DNA of 64,000 nucleotides, from the NCBI GenBank assembly GCA_047967505.1, contig CM106538.1; one strand, 5' to 3'. This DNA comes from Dipteris shenzhenensis. Taxonomy: Eukaryota. The notes below the pieces were generated by a model. It was not told the DNA's origin, ran no database searches, and worked only from the letters and a program-made list of their open reading frames with translations. Below are positions 11,528 through 25,329 of this stretch, one piece after another; the stretch's first letter is position 1, and every line of letters begins with the position of its first letter. The translations under genes were made by a program, and so were the position numbers.

Positions 11528-13695
11528 GCTTATGCAGAAATAGAGAATGAGCTTATGCTTCTCTCATTCTCTATTTCCGCATAAGCTCACGCATGTGCAT
11601 GAGCTTATGCGGAAACTTAAGCATAAGCTCATGCACATGCATGAGCATAAGCATGAGAAGGATGAGTTTCCGCATGCTTATGCTCATGCGGAAATAGAGG
11701 AGGAGCTTATGCGGAAAAAGAGAAGGAGCACTTGCGGAAACTTGCGGATAAGCTCTTGCGGAAACTTACGCATAAGCTCTTGCGGATGAATGAGCATAAG
11801 CATGAGCTTATGCTTATGCTTATGCATAAGCATAAGCATAAGCATAAGCATAAGCTCATGCTTATGCTCATGCGGAAATAGAGAAGGAGCTTATGCGGAA
11901 TGAGAGAAGGAGCTTATGCGGAAAAAGAGAATGAGCTCATGCGGAAACGTGCGGAAACTTGCATGCGGAATAAGAGAAGGAGCTTATGCGGAAAAAGAGA
12001 ATGAGAGAAGCATATGCTTCTCTCATTCTCTATTTCCGCATAAGCTCTTGCGGAAACTTACGCATAAGCTCATGGACATGAATGAGCATAAGCATGAAGA
12101 ATGAGCATAAGCATGAGCTTATGCTTATGCTTATGCATAAGCATAAGCATAAGCATAAGCTCATGCTTATGCTCATGCGGAAAAAGAGAGGGAGCTTATG
12201 CGGAAAAAGAGAAGGAGCACTTGCGGAAACTTGCGGATAAGAGAAGGAGAGAAGGAGCTTATGCTTATGCTTATGCTTATGCGGAATGAGAGAAGGAGCT
12301 TATGCGGAGAGAAGGAGAGAAGGAGCTCATGCTTATGCTTATGCGGAATGAGAGAAGGAGCTTATGCGGAAAAAGAGAATGAGAGAAGCATATGCTTCTC
12401 TCATTCTCTATTTCCGCATAAGCTCTTGCGGAAACTTACGCATAAGCTCATGCTCATGAATGAGCATAAGCATGAGCTTATGCTTATGCTTATGCATAAG
12501 CATAAGCATAAGCTCATGCTTATGCTCATGCGGAAATAGAGGAGGAGCTTATGCGGAAAAAGAGAAGGAGCACTTGCGGAAACTTGCGGATAAGCTCTTG
12601 CGGAAACTTACGCATAAGCTCTTGCGGATGAATGAGCATAAGCATGAGCTTATGCTTATGCTTATGCATAAGCATAAGCATAAGCATAAGCATAAGCTCA
12701 TGCTTATGCTCATGCGGAAATAGAGAAGGAGCTTATGCGGAATGAGAGAAGGAGCTTATGCGGAATGAGAGAATGAGAGAAGCATATGCTTCTCTCATTC
12801 TCTATTTCCGCATAAGCTCTTGCGGAAACTTACGCATAAGCTCATGCTCATGAATGAGCATAAGCATGAGCTTATGCTTATGCTTATGCATAAGCATAAG
12901 CATAAGCTCATGCTTATGCTCATGCGGAAATAGAGGAGGAGCTTATGCGGAAAAAGAGAAGGAGCACTTGCGGAAACTTGCGGATAAGCTCTTGCGGAAA
13001 CTTACGCATAAGCTCTTGCGGATGAATGAGCATAAGCATGAGCTTATGCTTATGCTTATGCATAAGCATAAGCATAAGCTCATGCTTATGCTCATGCGGA
13101 AATAGAGAAGGAGCTTATGCGGAATGAGAGAAGGAGCTTATGCGGAAAAAGAGAATGAGAGAAGCATATGCTTCTCTCATTCTCTATTTCCGCATAAGCT
13201 CTTGCGGAAACTTACGCATAAGCTCATGCTCATGAATGAGCATAAGCATGAGCTTATGCTTATGCTTATGCATAAGCATAAGCATAAGCTCATGCTTATG
13301 CTCATGCGGAAATAGAGGAGGAGCTTATGCGGAAAAAGAGAAGGAGCACTTGCGGAAACTTGCGGATAAGATCTTGCGGAAACTTACGCATAAGCTCTTG
13401 CGGATGAATGAGCATAAGCATGAGCTTATGCTTATGCTTATGCATAAGCATAAGCATAAGCTCATGCTTATGCTCATGCGGAAATAGAGAAGGAGCTTAT
13501 GCGGAATGAGAGAAGGAGCTTATGCGGAAAAAGAGAATGAGAGAAGCATATGCTTCTCTCATTCTCTATTTCCGCATAAGCTCTTGCGGAAACTTACGCA
13601 TAAGCTCATGCTCATGAATGAGCATAAGCATGAGCTTATGCTCATGCGGAAATAGAGGAGGAGCTTATGCGGAATGAGAGAAGCATAAGCATAAG
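11528..13695. repeat. Palindromic GCATAA/TTATGC-derived satellite with about 380-bp higher-order period
   Basis: Landmark catatg at 12011, 12389, 12783, 13165 and 13547 (periods 378, 394, 382, 382). Lies within a predicted minus-strand intron, 11233-13931. Confidence 0.95.
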
Positions 13696-14570
13696 AGAAT
13701 AAGAGGGATGCGGAAATAGAGAATAAGGGGGAAAGGAAAGAGAGAAGGGAAAAGAGAGAGGGGGAAAGAGAGAATAAGAGAAGAGGGAAAAAAGAGAAGG
13801 GGGAAAATGAGAAAAAGAGAAGGGGGAAGAGAGGGTTCCTACGCCCATCACTGCAGCTAGCGCTTAAGGCGCTAGCTGCAGGCAAATGCAAATAACAAAA
13901 AGCTTAAATGGAAAGAAGAGGAAGCACTTACCTGTAAAAGTATGTCCCGCTCGGTGTAGTGGACTGGGCCCACAAAAGAGAGACTATGTCCCGCTCGGTG
14001 TAGTGGACTGGCCCTACAAAAGAGAGAAAACAACCCATTTTTTCAAATAAGATGTTAGTGGAAAGAGGAGATCACAAAAGCAACTTCTTGAAAGGAGACA
14101 AGGAAAGAGAAGATTGAGGAGACAAGGAAAGAAGGAGATTGAGGAGAAGAGAAGGAAGAGAAGGAAGAGAAATACAGAAAGAAGAGGTGAGTTTCTTTCT
14201 TTCTTTCTTGAAATTTCGTTTTTTGTTTGAATCCTTTCTAATCAAGCATGAAAACTAGTTTAAAACTTTAGCAATACAAGTAGAAACACTCACAAAACCA
14301 AAGCTAACAAACAAACAACCTACATTGTTGAAAAAAACTCACCTTTTGAAGAACTTTCTTTCTGGAAACCAAAGAGGGAAAAAGGAGAGAGAGGGTGCAC
14401 AAGAGGTAGGAGGAGGGTGAGGAGTGGGAAATAGGGTAGGAGGTTGCTTGGAATAGATGGGAGGTCAGTGAAAATAGGTGGGAGGAGATTTTGGAGAGCT
14501 TAGTTTAGAGATTAGGAAAGCTTTGAGCAAAACGCCGCGGGTTTCGCCGTTTCGGGTTTTAACCCACAGC

Positions 14571-14700
14571 GTCGCTATATAGCGACGCTTATTCGTCGCT
14601 ATATAGCGACGTTTTTAATTGAAAACGTCGCTATATAGCGACGCTTTCAATTAAAATCGTCGCTATATAGCGACGGAACAGAGAGTCGCTATATAGCGAC
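14571..14700. repeat. Internal cluster of the CACTA subterminal palindrome
   Basis: Five GTCGCTATATAGCGAC copies between the two divergent genes. Confidence 0.92.
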
Positions 14701-14935
14701 GCTTACTGTTTGTTTTTTAATGAGGCCTCTTGTGACTCAAACATGCTATGCCTATAATTGTCAATATCTCCTCTTACTACATAGCCTTACTATATAGGAT
14801 TTTTTGTTTCAATCCTTACTATATAGCGATGTCATTCTTTTTATATAGCCTCAAGAGAAGCTCAAATTAAACATGCTATGCTCATAATTGTGTACATCTC
14901 CTCTTCATGCTTATGTTTTGGTTTTATAAGTGTAG

Positions 14936-17900
14936 ATGGAAGGGACGAGTGGAAGCTCATCCGATGATGCGCCAACGCCCGGGAGCACGAAGTGGCTTAC
15001 GGAGAGGTTATATTGTCATTGCACTCATTGCAAGTGAGAAGTACGACATCAACGTCGTATTATCATGCGCCACTTGCGGATGTATGGGGAGGAGCCGGAA
15101 CCAGTACCCCCCGTTGGTGTTGCACATGTTGATGGATCATCGGTAAGTCAAAGCTATTTAAGTTCGCAATCTTATTGTATACCCGGAATTAGAAGATCTT
15201 CTATTTACACGAATGAGCTTATGACAGGATGACGAGGGTGACGAGGGTACACATATACCTTCTCACTTTCAACAAGACTATAGTCTCCCAGATGACGACG
15301 AGGGTATGGTCGACATGATGGATTCCATTTTTAGGGGCACTACATCCCACGTACACGTGATGTCAGAGTCTGAGGTGAAAATGCGAGAGTTGCAATCAAC
15401 ACAATTGTACGAGGGTGCCAGGATGTCTAAACTACGTGCTTGTCTCTCAATCTTGAATCTACAAGTACAGTATGGATGGTCGGATACAAGTGTCTCGGCC
15501 TTAATGAGGTTAGCCCTTGCATTAATTTGATTGACTCATTATTTGGATATTGTTTGTTTTGAGAATCATCATTTGGATAGTGTCTTTGTCATAGGTTGCT
15601 CCAAAAGATGTTGCCTGCACCAAATACCATGCCCGCATCAAGAGATGAAGCGAAAAAGATGCTAACAATGGTGGGTATGGATTATGATACCATCCATGCT
15701 TGCCGTAATGATTGTATTCTCTTTCGTCGTGAGCATGGAGATTTGGCTAGTTGTCCAAAGTGTGGGGAACAACGATATAGAGATGACTTGCAGGGTGAGA
15801 GGATACCGGTAAAGGTCTTAAGACACTTTCCCATCATTGCAAGAATACAACACATGTTTCGATGCAAATCCATAGCGGAGTTGATGACATGGCATGCATC
15901 TCATCGGTCCACTGATCACACATTGAGGATTCCCGCAGATTGTGCGGCTTGGAAGCACATAGATAATCAGTGGCCGGACTTTGCGAGAGAGCCACGCAAC
16001 TTACATCTTGGGCTAGCCATGGACGGCGTGAATCCTTTCGGGTTACGCTCGACATCTTGGTCGACATGGCCCATAGTCGTGGTGAATTACAATATCCCAC
16101 CATGGCTAACAATAAAAAAGGGACACCTCATGCTTGCACTACTTGTGCCAGGAAAGTACAAGGCAAGAAACATGGACGTGTACATGGCACCTTTGATAGA
16201 GGAGTTACAGATATTATGGAGAGGAGTGCAGGTCTTTGATATTTCCAGAGCTCCTAGGCATACCAATGATATTTCCGTCAGGGGTATCTTGATGTGGACC
16301 ATGCATGACTACCCAGGATATGGAGAGTGCGCAGGTACGTGGTTATGTCTTTACATGTACAATGAGGGATTATGCTTTTTTTACTCTCTTTTGCACGCAT
16401 GTCTTGTACTAACATATTCATGCACGCGTGCAGGGCTTGTTACAAGTGGGTACCATGCTTGTCCTGTTTGTGGACCCGCTCTGAAATCGCTTGCACGCTA
16501 CTCCAAACACATGAGGAAAAATGTTTATGAAGGTCATGCTCGATACCTTCCGCTCGACCATCTCGCACGTGGAGGTCAGCTTGATCCACCACCATCATAT
16601 TTGAAAGCAAGTGATTGGATTCAAGCTTGGAGGGAGAATGGAGAGGAACCTCCTCCTGGTATGAAGAGGCTATCGATCTTTCACGAGCTTCCTTATTGGG
16701 GTCAGTTACAAATCAATCATCTCTTGGATCCCATGCATATCTTTAAGAATGTGGGGGCTACCATTTGGGCACACTTGGTTGGTTCCAAGGACTCGAGAGG
16801 AGTGCGAGAAGACTTGCGTGCTATGAATAGGATGTCTCGTTTGTGGCCCCAAGTGCATGCTTCAGGAAAAGTTGTCCTCCCGAAAGCAACGTGGATCCTC
16901 TCTACGAGGGAGGAGGCAGCGATCAAGGCAGACATTGCCTCTTTTCAAACACCGACAGGGTACATGCGTTGCTTGAAAGGAGCATTTTCAAAGGACAATA
17001 AGCTTAGTGGCCTCAAGTCCCATGATTGGCACAAGGTCTTACAGGTATTCTAAGTAGAATTAGTGTACCGATAATAGTGATGCATTAGCGTAATTATTAT
17101 TATGTTATATTGTTGACATGATTTCATTGTTGCTTTGATAGTTCATCCTTCCAATTACAATAAAAGGGTGCTTACAAGAAGATGTTAGAAATGCTATATT
17201 CAAGATCTGTGGTATTGTGAGGTATGCTTACTATCAATTCGCATTATGTATTTTCTTCATGGACATGTGAAATAGGTGGATATCTCAAATATCTTACATA
17301 TGCATGGACATGTGAAATAGGTGGATATCTCAAAAAGAGATCTCTATATCGAGCATCGAGAAGGCTAGGGTGGAATCCATCGAAGCCGTATGCTTGCTTG
17401 AGAAGCACTTTCCCTCAAGCATTATGACAACTCAAGTCCACTTGCTTGTGCACATAGTTGATGAGGTGGCTATAGCAGGTACCGTTCATAATCGATGGAT
17501 GTTTTTTCTCGAGCGGTTTATGAAAACTTTAAAGGGGTTTGTAAGACAAAGAGCAAGACCAGAAGCAAGCATGGCAGAGGGATGGCTTGTGCAAGAGTCA
17601 TTAGTATATATCACAGAGTTTCTTGCATCCACGGATCCTGATATGCCGCAAGCTTGGCACAACAAGGATGATGATCGCATCATTGGCGAGGTCCCCCAAG
17701 GAAAAGGGATTGAAAGAAAGATGAGCGAAGAGCAAATGGAGAAATTCAATAAGTTTTGTATCCTCAATAGCCCTGAGATGCAGAAGTGGATTGAGAGATA
17801 TGAAGTGGCCAAAGCAGAAAGAATAAATGCAAGGACGAGATTCAGAGTAATGTACAGGCGATCACAACCATATCCACGAGATCTGGCTCTTCTCCCTACT

Positions 17901-18999
17901 CACATGTCACTTGATTGGCTACAACTAGCTATACGTAAAGCCGAACGTGATGGAGAGACAATAAACGAGCGCGAGCGGGAGTTATCATCTGGATGTATGG
18001 TGCATGTAAGTTTCTTATCTCTTGATGTAATTAAGTAATTATTTGTGGCAATATATGCTATAAAATAGGTGCATCTTCATTGTTTTAATGATGCTCTTTT
18101 ACAGTACAAAAAGTACAGTGCATTATGGTCATATGGACGACATTTTCGCATAGAACGCATCGATTCAAAGAGAGTCACGTATGATTGTGGAGTCATGGCT
18201 AACTTCACACAAGATAGCCGAGCAAGTGCTTCGGATACCAATCTTCTCTCCTCACAGTTGGATTATTGTGGAACCATACGCGACATCTATGAAATTGATT
18301 TCAGACGATTTACTATTTTCATTCTTGATGTAAAATGGTTTAGAACTACTTACAACGGTCCCCATGCAACTGTGAGAAAAGATGGTAGCGGTCTCTTTGC
18401 AATAGACTCCACCAAACATTGGACCGATGAAAGTGATACTTTTGTTCTTCCCGAGCACTGTGAGCAGGTGCATACTAATGATTTAATTAGTCGAAGCTTT
18501 CGTTTTTTAAGTCCATTGATATATATATAATTGACGACATTTGGCACGTGATTTTTCATCTTCAATATAGGTGGTTTTTCATCCGGATCGTTCTGATCCA
18601 AGATGGTGGTACGTGATCCAAGTTGCACCACGAAGTAAGCAGATTTTTGAAGATCGAGATGTGGATATGGAGATGCCACTACCAAATCCGGATCCAATTG
18701 ATGAATCTAGCGAAGAAGATGTAGATCACCATATGAGGCAAGAGGAAGATGCGCATAATGACATCGCACGGGAGGAGGATGGAGATCACGATATTGACGA
18801 GGAAGACAACAATCGTCAAGATCGATCACCACACTTAAGCTTAATTGAAGAAGATGATCAAATACTTTTAGGTGAACGTACGATGCTAGAGTACGATGAT
18901 GATATAGGAGATCAACTCGGTATAGAGTTGGAGATAGACTTGCTTGGCGCCTTAGACTTGGCTCAAGATGAAACAGTTGATGTAAATGCTCTTATTTAA
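14936..18999 (+). CDS. CACTA TnpD/Tnp2-type DDE transposase, 8 exons, one premature stop
   Basis: Predicted exons 14936-15142, 15228-15508, 15595-16334, 16434-17044, 17142-17221, 17321-18005, 18105-18467, 18571-18999. Motifs HACRNDCILF, CPKCGEQRY, LGLAMDGVNPF, TMHDYPG, LDPMHIFKN, GLKSHDWH, WMFFLERFMKTLK. In-frame TGA at 15035-15037 inside the N-terminal CxCxxC motif region. Confidence 0.93.
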
Positions 19000-19176
19000 T
19001 TTGATTTTTCTCATCTCTAACTTGGACATGAATATATGACCTTCAAAGGCTTGATGTACATGCTCTCATTTTTTATTTTTCTATGAGCTCAAACATGTAT
19101 GAAAATTTAAAAAATTTTGTCATTGGAAGAAAATAAATTTTAAGGCTAAAAAAAAAAAAAAAACCTCTCTGTAAAA

Positions 19177-19345
19177 CGTCGCTATAATATAGTCTCAGTG
19201 TCGCTATATAGCGACCTTTAAAAGTCGCTATATAGCGACTTTTACTAAAGTCGCTATATAGCGACCTTTCAGAGTCGCTATATAGCGACGTTAGTAATGG
19301 TCGCTATATAGCGACTCTTATTAAAAGTCGCTATATAGCGACGAT
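19177..19345. repeat. Right subterminal repeat cluster of the CACTA element
   Basis: About six GTCGCTATATAGCGAC copies. Confidence 0.92.
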
Positions 19346-19840
19346 TTACGATACCCGATTTTTATACCGACGATTAACGCTAAGCGGGCGCTAATCGTCG
19401 GTACGTAAACGTCGCAATAGGATGCGTGTGTAGTAGTGGAAGAACCCTATATGTGGGTCTCAAACCAAACTCAGCTAACTAAGCTGGCATACTAACTGAG
19501 CCACGAACTAGAGTACATAAGGATAGCTGTCATCCAGCTATTATTCATCGACAGTGTACCAACCGCATCTGCAGCTAACAAGTTGGTGACATAAATGCAC
19601 AACGGTCACCCTGGCATATCACGAGTGGAGCTCGATATCTCAATAGTTGGTTCTTGGAGTTATGGAGTTACCTATTTTTACTTATTAACCACGAACAAAG
19701 CAGAGCACATGTAGTAGCTTGAGCCACTTGTACTTGAAAGCTTGAACAAACAAATAATGGTAAATAAAGGACAACCACCATGCTGGTTCTTGGAGTTATA
19801 TTTTAGTACACCAAGGAAAATGTATTTCCTTATGCAACCA

Positions 19841-20012
19841 AGAAAATACAATTGTCAATATGGCCCTTGAGGGGTCCCCTTTAGGGGCAAGGGCCATATC
19901 CACATGCCATATTTGTCTAATGCAGGCAACTTAGATATTGTATAATGCATCTCGATATGGCCCTTGACCCTAAAGAGGACTCCTCAAGGGCCACATCATC
20001 AATTACATTTTC
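19841..20012. repeat. MITE-like fold-back with about 60-bp imperfect inverted arms
   Basis: agaaaatacaattg...tggcccttgaggggtcccctttaggggcaagggccatatc is mirrored by gatatggcccttgaccctaaagaggactcctcaagggcca...caattacattttct. Confidence 0.7.
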
Positions 20013-21827
20013 TAAAAGTATAATTTTATTTTTCTAGATGTATCTCCATCCGACCACCACGGTGGTTGTTGGAGCTATTTTAGTGCTATTTTAGGCTTAA
20101 ACCAAGGAAATGTAGTCCTACTTTATTGATATCTTAGTCCCTATTGCAATAAATCCTAAATGACGGCAAAAGTATTCCAAGCCAGCGTGGTTACTGGAGG
20201 CCCTGGTGCCATCCAAATCATCATTCAAGCCAAAATTCGAGCCACCACGTTGACTGGAGGCCCGATGGTGCCATCCAGATAATCATTCAAGCCAAAATTT
20301 GAGCCACCATGGTGACTAGAGACTGAGTGGTGCCATCTAGATAATCAGCTATAATTCATCAAGTAAAAATTAAGCAAAAGTGATTAGATCTACATCCAAT
20401 AACAGTTTATATAAGAATTTACAATAATTTATACTGAGAGCCTCATAGAGCAAAAATTGAACAAAAGAGCACATTTATAAAAACTCAGCAATTGCTGAGA
20501 GCCTTAGAGGCCATAAGATTACATCTAGACATTGCTAAGTGGTTATGAGCCTCGTTGAAGCCAAAATATTACATCCAGTGACCCAAAATATTGCTGAGAG
20601 CCTTAGAGGCCAAAATATTACATCTAGCCATTGCTGAGTGGTCGTGAGTCTCGATGAGGAAGATGATATTTGTACAACTTAGTATTACCAATTGCTGGTA
20701 GCAAGAGGATATTTGTACAACTTAGTATTGTCGATTTCTGATACTCACAAAGGCCAACCTAGCTTGCTGCATTTGAATTTTTTGGGGAGCCGATAGAGAG
20801 GCCGAAGAATGTGCACATTGCACAAATGCAGGAGTCAGAATACGCCCCCCCATGTTAGATGAGATAACTGTACTCTAAAAATCCTTAACCCTTCATCAAC
20901 ATCTCCAAGGAATTCTTAGAGCACATCCATATAGAGGCCAGAGGTGTGCATGCCATCCAAGGTGGTGATATGTAGATGTGGGGGGAATCGATCAAGGAAA
21001 CAAAGAGATTGCATAAGAATGAACATTTCAACTCCTAATGAGTGCAATACAATGACCTTATATGAGAAGGCAGACAAGATTGGGATCACGTTGCATCGAT
21101 GCGGGGTGATAATAGTAATAGGTATGGTGAAAAGAGTGGGTGAGCAGTAGAGTGAATGAGTAGATGAGTGGATGAGAGTTGGAGGAGGGAGCATGGAGCA
21201 AAGTAGAGCAAGGACAGAAGAGAGCTGGAGGAGGCTGCGTGGAGTAAAGTAGCAAAGTAGGGGCCGATGAGAGCAAAGTAGCCAAATGCCAAATGCCACA
21301 AACCTTTATATTAATTAAAGTTCAAGCCACCACCATGACTAGAGGCCCAAAGGGAAAGAGATAGGTGTGTTGTCTGAATAATCATGAGCCATTTTAAACC
21401 ACCCCCTTAACTAATAAAATCCCGAGGAGGGTGCTGCCTGGTGGTGCCATCCAAATAATCATGAGCCATTTTAATTATAGGCCATAGCAGTGGCTTTTAA
21501 TTAACTGATATTCCGGTGCAATCTTAGCCGCCACTGATGGCAATGGCAATTAAGTACCCACCACCGATGTGGCTGGTAATCATGACGAAGACACCACTGG
21601 CCTAGTAATCAACTGCACTCTACTAAGCATGCAAGCCTGATGACTGGTAATTAATTGCACTCTACTGATCTTCCAAGCCCAATGGTGGTACTATCCTGGT
21701 GGTGGTAACTGACAAGTGAGTAATTGCAAGCCACCCGGTGGCTGGTAATTAACTGTCACCCCAATCTAATCTTAGCTGCCACCACAAACGTGGCTGGTAA
21801 TCATGAAGGCAAACACCACTACTAGCG

Positions 21828-22100
21828 GAAGGTGGAAGTAATTACCACAAATGTAAATCATGAATCCTAATCACCTCTAATCACTCATTACCATGTGGAA
21901 GGTGGAAGTAATTACCGCAGACGTAAATCATGAAGTCTTATCACCTCTAACCAGTCATTACCATGAAGCATAATCACCTCTAATCACTCATTACCATGCA
22001 AGGTAATTACTTCCATCAATGGAAGGTGGAATTAATTACCACAGACGTAAATCATGAATTCTAATCACCTTTAATTACTCATTATCATGCAAGGTAGTAC
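21828..22100. repeat. Degenerate tandem repeat of about 70 bp
   Basis: ggaaggtggaagtaattacc...aaatcatgaa...atcacctctaatcactcattaccat recurs 3-4 times. Confidence 0.8.
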
Positions 22101-22429
22101 TGCCTCCTTCAATTAATCAAAATTCCAATCAACCACCATGGTGGCTCTTACCTTGACAGTTCCATTCCCTTTATTATTATGTTTGATATCCATCTTGATC
22201 ATTTATTTCTCCCTTGCAGTTGGGCTATAAAATTGAGCTTCCATTATTCCATTCCCTTCATTTTTTTGTCTTCTATCCCTCTTGACTATTTCTTTCTCCC
22301 TTGCACTTGGACTCAAAACTTAAGCCTCCACTATTCCATTTCCTTCACTGTTTTATCTTCTATCCCTCTCGACCTTTTCCCTTCCACTCTTCTTACAACT
22401 TCTATCCCCTCTCATAATGGATCCCCCTA

Positions 22430-22800
22430 GACACACGAGCTCCAAAAAGTGTCTATATAGTATGAAAGCTACTCAAATAATCTTTCCTCCCCTCTGCACA
22501 GTCCAGGAGCTCCTCACACAATCTTTCCTCCCCCTCTGCACAATCCAGGAGCTCCTCACACAAACTGGTGGAAGGTGGAAGTAATTACCATAGACATTCA
22601 TCAAGCACATCTTTGTTCATCATCGCTTTCCAACCTCTCTATAATGGATCCCTCTAGATAGTACATCGAGCTCCAAAACGGGTCTACAAAGTATGAAAAC
22701 TTCTCAAATAATCTTTCCTCCCCCTCTACATAGTCTGAAAGCTCCTCACACAATCTTTTCTCCCCCTCTATAGCATAGTGCGAGATTGTCTCCTCCCCTA
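22430..22800. repeat. 42-bp repeat cluster reading EGEERLCEELS-like on the minus strand
   Basis: gagctcctcacacaatctttcctccccctct recurs about five times. Confidence 0.7.
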
Positions 22801-22959
22801 CTAATCTTGAAATCATGACATATGGGAGCTCCTCACTCACTCTTCAAATGTCCAATTTGGATGCTCTCACCCTACTCTCACCAACTTCACCAGGTTGGTA
22901 TAGGAGGTGAACGTGAAGGAGGGACACAGCACATGTCAAGGTCAGAAGATTAACATCAC

Positions 22960-24830
22960 TGAAAGCATATGCTTCAAAAGGCACTAGGCATTCTTGGAGG
23001 TGATTTGCAAGCACACTTCTTGGAGAGCTTAGTGGAAGAGGCAAGATGTTCTAGATGTATAAGCCAACACTCAGATTAGTGCAGATGGTGGAGTCAAGCT
23101 TTCTAGCTTGCTCACAAACCTTCGAGATGTGCTGAAGAAGACAATGCACTTATTTCTTGATATTGAGAGGAATCATGAAGTTTTGGCATGTTCAAATAGT
23201 TGTAGAGTAGCTAAAAGGATGTGATGTCTCTTTCTCAACGATGATCTCCAAAAGTGTGATAACCAACCTAAAGAATTGCATGGATGGCAAATCCAAATTG
23301 TCAACGCAATGCACTTGAAGGCATTTACCCTCAAAGGGACTTTTCAACATTACGATAAGAAGATGTCTCAGAAGATGACTTTTCTACAAGAGAAAGTGAT
23401 CGATGTAGCGCAGTGCTACATGAGAAAATGCCTAAGGAGGGTGCAAAAGCCAAGGTAGAGGAGGTAGAAGTGATAGCCTTGCAAGCACGAGAGTAAGTTG
23501 AGGCTGCTAAAAAAATGGTCGACATGGAAAGGCATAGAGAGAAGAAGCAGAGAAGTGCATTAAGGAGCTTCAGGATAGGCTTGAGACATCATGGAGCAGG
23601 AGCTAGCAATGATACAAAAGCATATTGAAGATCAAAGAGCAAAAAAAGAGGCTCTTCACAAACACTCTGCAACATGCAGAATGCATTGAACTTTGAAAAA
23701 TACAAGATGATAGAGGAACTGAAAAGGGAGAATGTAGAAACCAAAGTGGTGATGCAAGAGCTGTGAGAGAGGTTCAAACCTAGGCTGAGGATGGGGCAGA
23801 GAGCACCTTTGGTGGAGAAGACAATGAGGCAACTCTCCAAGCCAGGAAGGATACAAAGAGCATCCATGGTGGAGCAAGTTACAGCAGCCACAATGAAACT
23901 TGTTATCTAGAATCACTTTTGCAATTTCAAAAAGCTAGGCACAAGACCCTGCAACAAGATTACAATAAGATTGTGCACGAGCTTGCAATAGCTTTTGAAC
24001 GTTTTAAAAAGCAGCCAGGCATCATGAGAGATTTCCAAACTAGAGTGGAAGTCTTAAAAACAACCCATCTTGATGCTATTGATCAAGTTAAGCAACTTTG
24101 AAAGAGATGCTAAGGGAATCAGATGAAGCGCAATGAGCAAAGACTACAGGAGCTGAAGGAGAACATCCATAGTCTTAAGATGAGGGAGGAAGGAATCAAG
24201 AAGAAACTTCTTCATGTGCAGAGTCAGACTATGGTATTGACAGATGTAATATAGTTAAATCAGATGCCTACCATAGTATGCAACAGGGTTTGAAATTCTC
24301 TATCTGCAAGACCCACATCATAGATGACTGCATGATCCGATGGCCTTTGTGCTACCACCTTGTGCATGTTTTTTGCTTTGGGGTGTTCGTGAATGCAAGC
24401 TCGGCATGTAGAAAATGTAAGATGCCACTGTGTAGGTCATGGAGAGATCAAAATTTGCCTACCTGCTATTGTTATTAGAAGCAAGAAGGTAGATGCTACA
24501 GCTCAATTCGCCATTTGAGAAAAAATTGCAAAAGACAAGGACTTGAATTGAAGAAGCCCAAGCTGGAGTCTAACTGCGAAGAAAAGGAGCCTCAAAGGGA
24601 GGAGCCATCCCCCTTCAGGAAAGTAGCAAGAAAGGCCAAGCCTACAAAACCAGGGTGCTCAAAGCAAGGAACAAGGAAGCAACATCAAGGGAGGGACTGG
24701 CCCCTTATGGGAGGAACTAGTCCCCTTCAAGAAAGGAGCAAGGAGGGATGAACCTGCAATCAGGGAGCTCAAAAAGGCGACTTGCTCAAACCAATGTGGA
24801 ACCAGCCCCCTAAAGAAAAGTAGTCTTTGA
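22960..24830 (+). pseudogene. Degraded coiled-coil protein with a RING-H2 finger
   Basis: E/K/Q-rich fragmented frames at 23100-24250, then FSICKTH...LCYHLVHVFC...CRKCKMPL (ORF 24278-24478), which fits C3H2C3 spacing with the first Cys read as Phe. Many stops. Confidence 0.6.
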
Positions 24831-25329
24831 GGTGTAAATCTCTGAGTTTGTATGAAATCTATTGAATTATTAATGTTCTCCAAAATTTAGTCGGGCAATG
24901 TATCTATTTTAGAATAGCACTTTGCAGGAATGGGATTTTTTTTAGTATAGGCTATAGCACTGGGTTGGTTGCAATTCAAAGGTTGATTGCACACTAGGAT
25001 TACAAGATGAATGGCATATAATTCATTCATTTAGGATTTGTGTCACCATCCCGATGGCTAAAATTTGACAATAGATAAAGAGAACCAGCCTAAAGGGTAC
25101 TGTTTTAGTATAGCACTTTGCAACACTACAATCCATTTTAGGATAGCACGGTGGTAGTGCAAGATAAGTGGTCACCACCATGGTGGTTGGTTGCACACTA
25201 GGATATTAACAGCCACCAGTGTGGTGGTTTGCTTATTTTCCCCTTTTTGCACTACTATGAGGAAAACAAAACAAAACATAATACGTGCAAAAACATGATC
25301 TAATTAAACTAACCAACCTACAGGAATAC

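Larger units (their letters stand above)
9098..19438. mobile_element. Full-length CACTA (En/Spm) DNA transposon
   Basis: Starts CACTAC at 9098 and ends GTAGTG at 19438; 3-bp TSD GAA at 9095-9097 and 19439-19441; subterminal palindromic repeats; transposase and second gene inside. Confidence 0.96.
7713..19645 (-). mobile_element. Internally deleted Ty1/copia LTR retrotransposon (5' LTR, PBS, leader, partial gag), with a CACTA element in its LTR
   Basis: 5-bp TSD GTTGG at 7708-7712 and 19646-19650; PBS at 8938-8949; 5' LTR is 8950-9097 plus 19442-19645; gag ORF 7782-8414. Confidence 0.9.

Noticed and set aside
11547-13891. Many ORFs rich in MLML, HKHK and SISI
   Set aside because: Translation by-products of the hexamer satellite.
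13941-14026. tRNA-like start gtcccgctcggtgtagtggac, present twice
   Set aside because: No cloverleaf or B box; it is a 44-bp tandem duplication.
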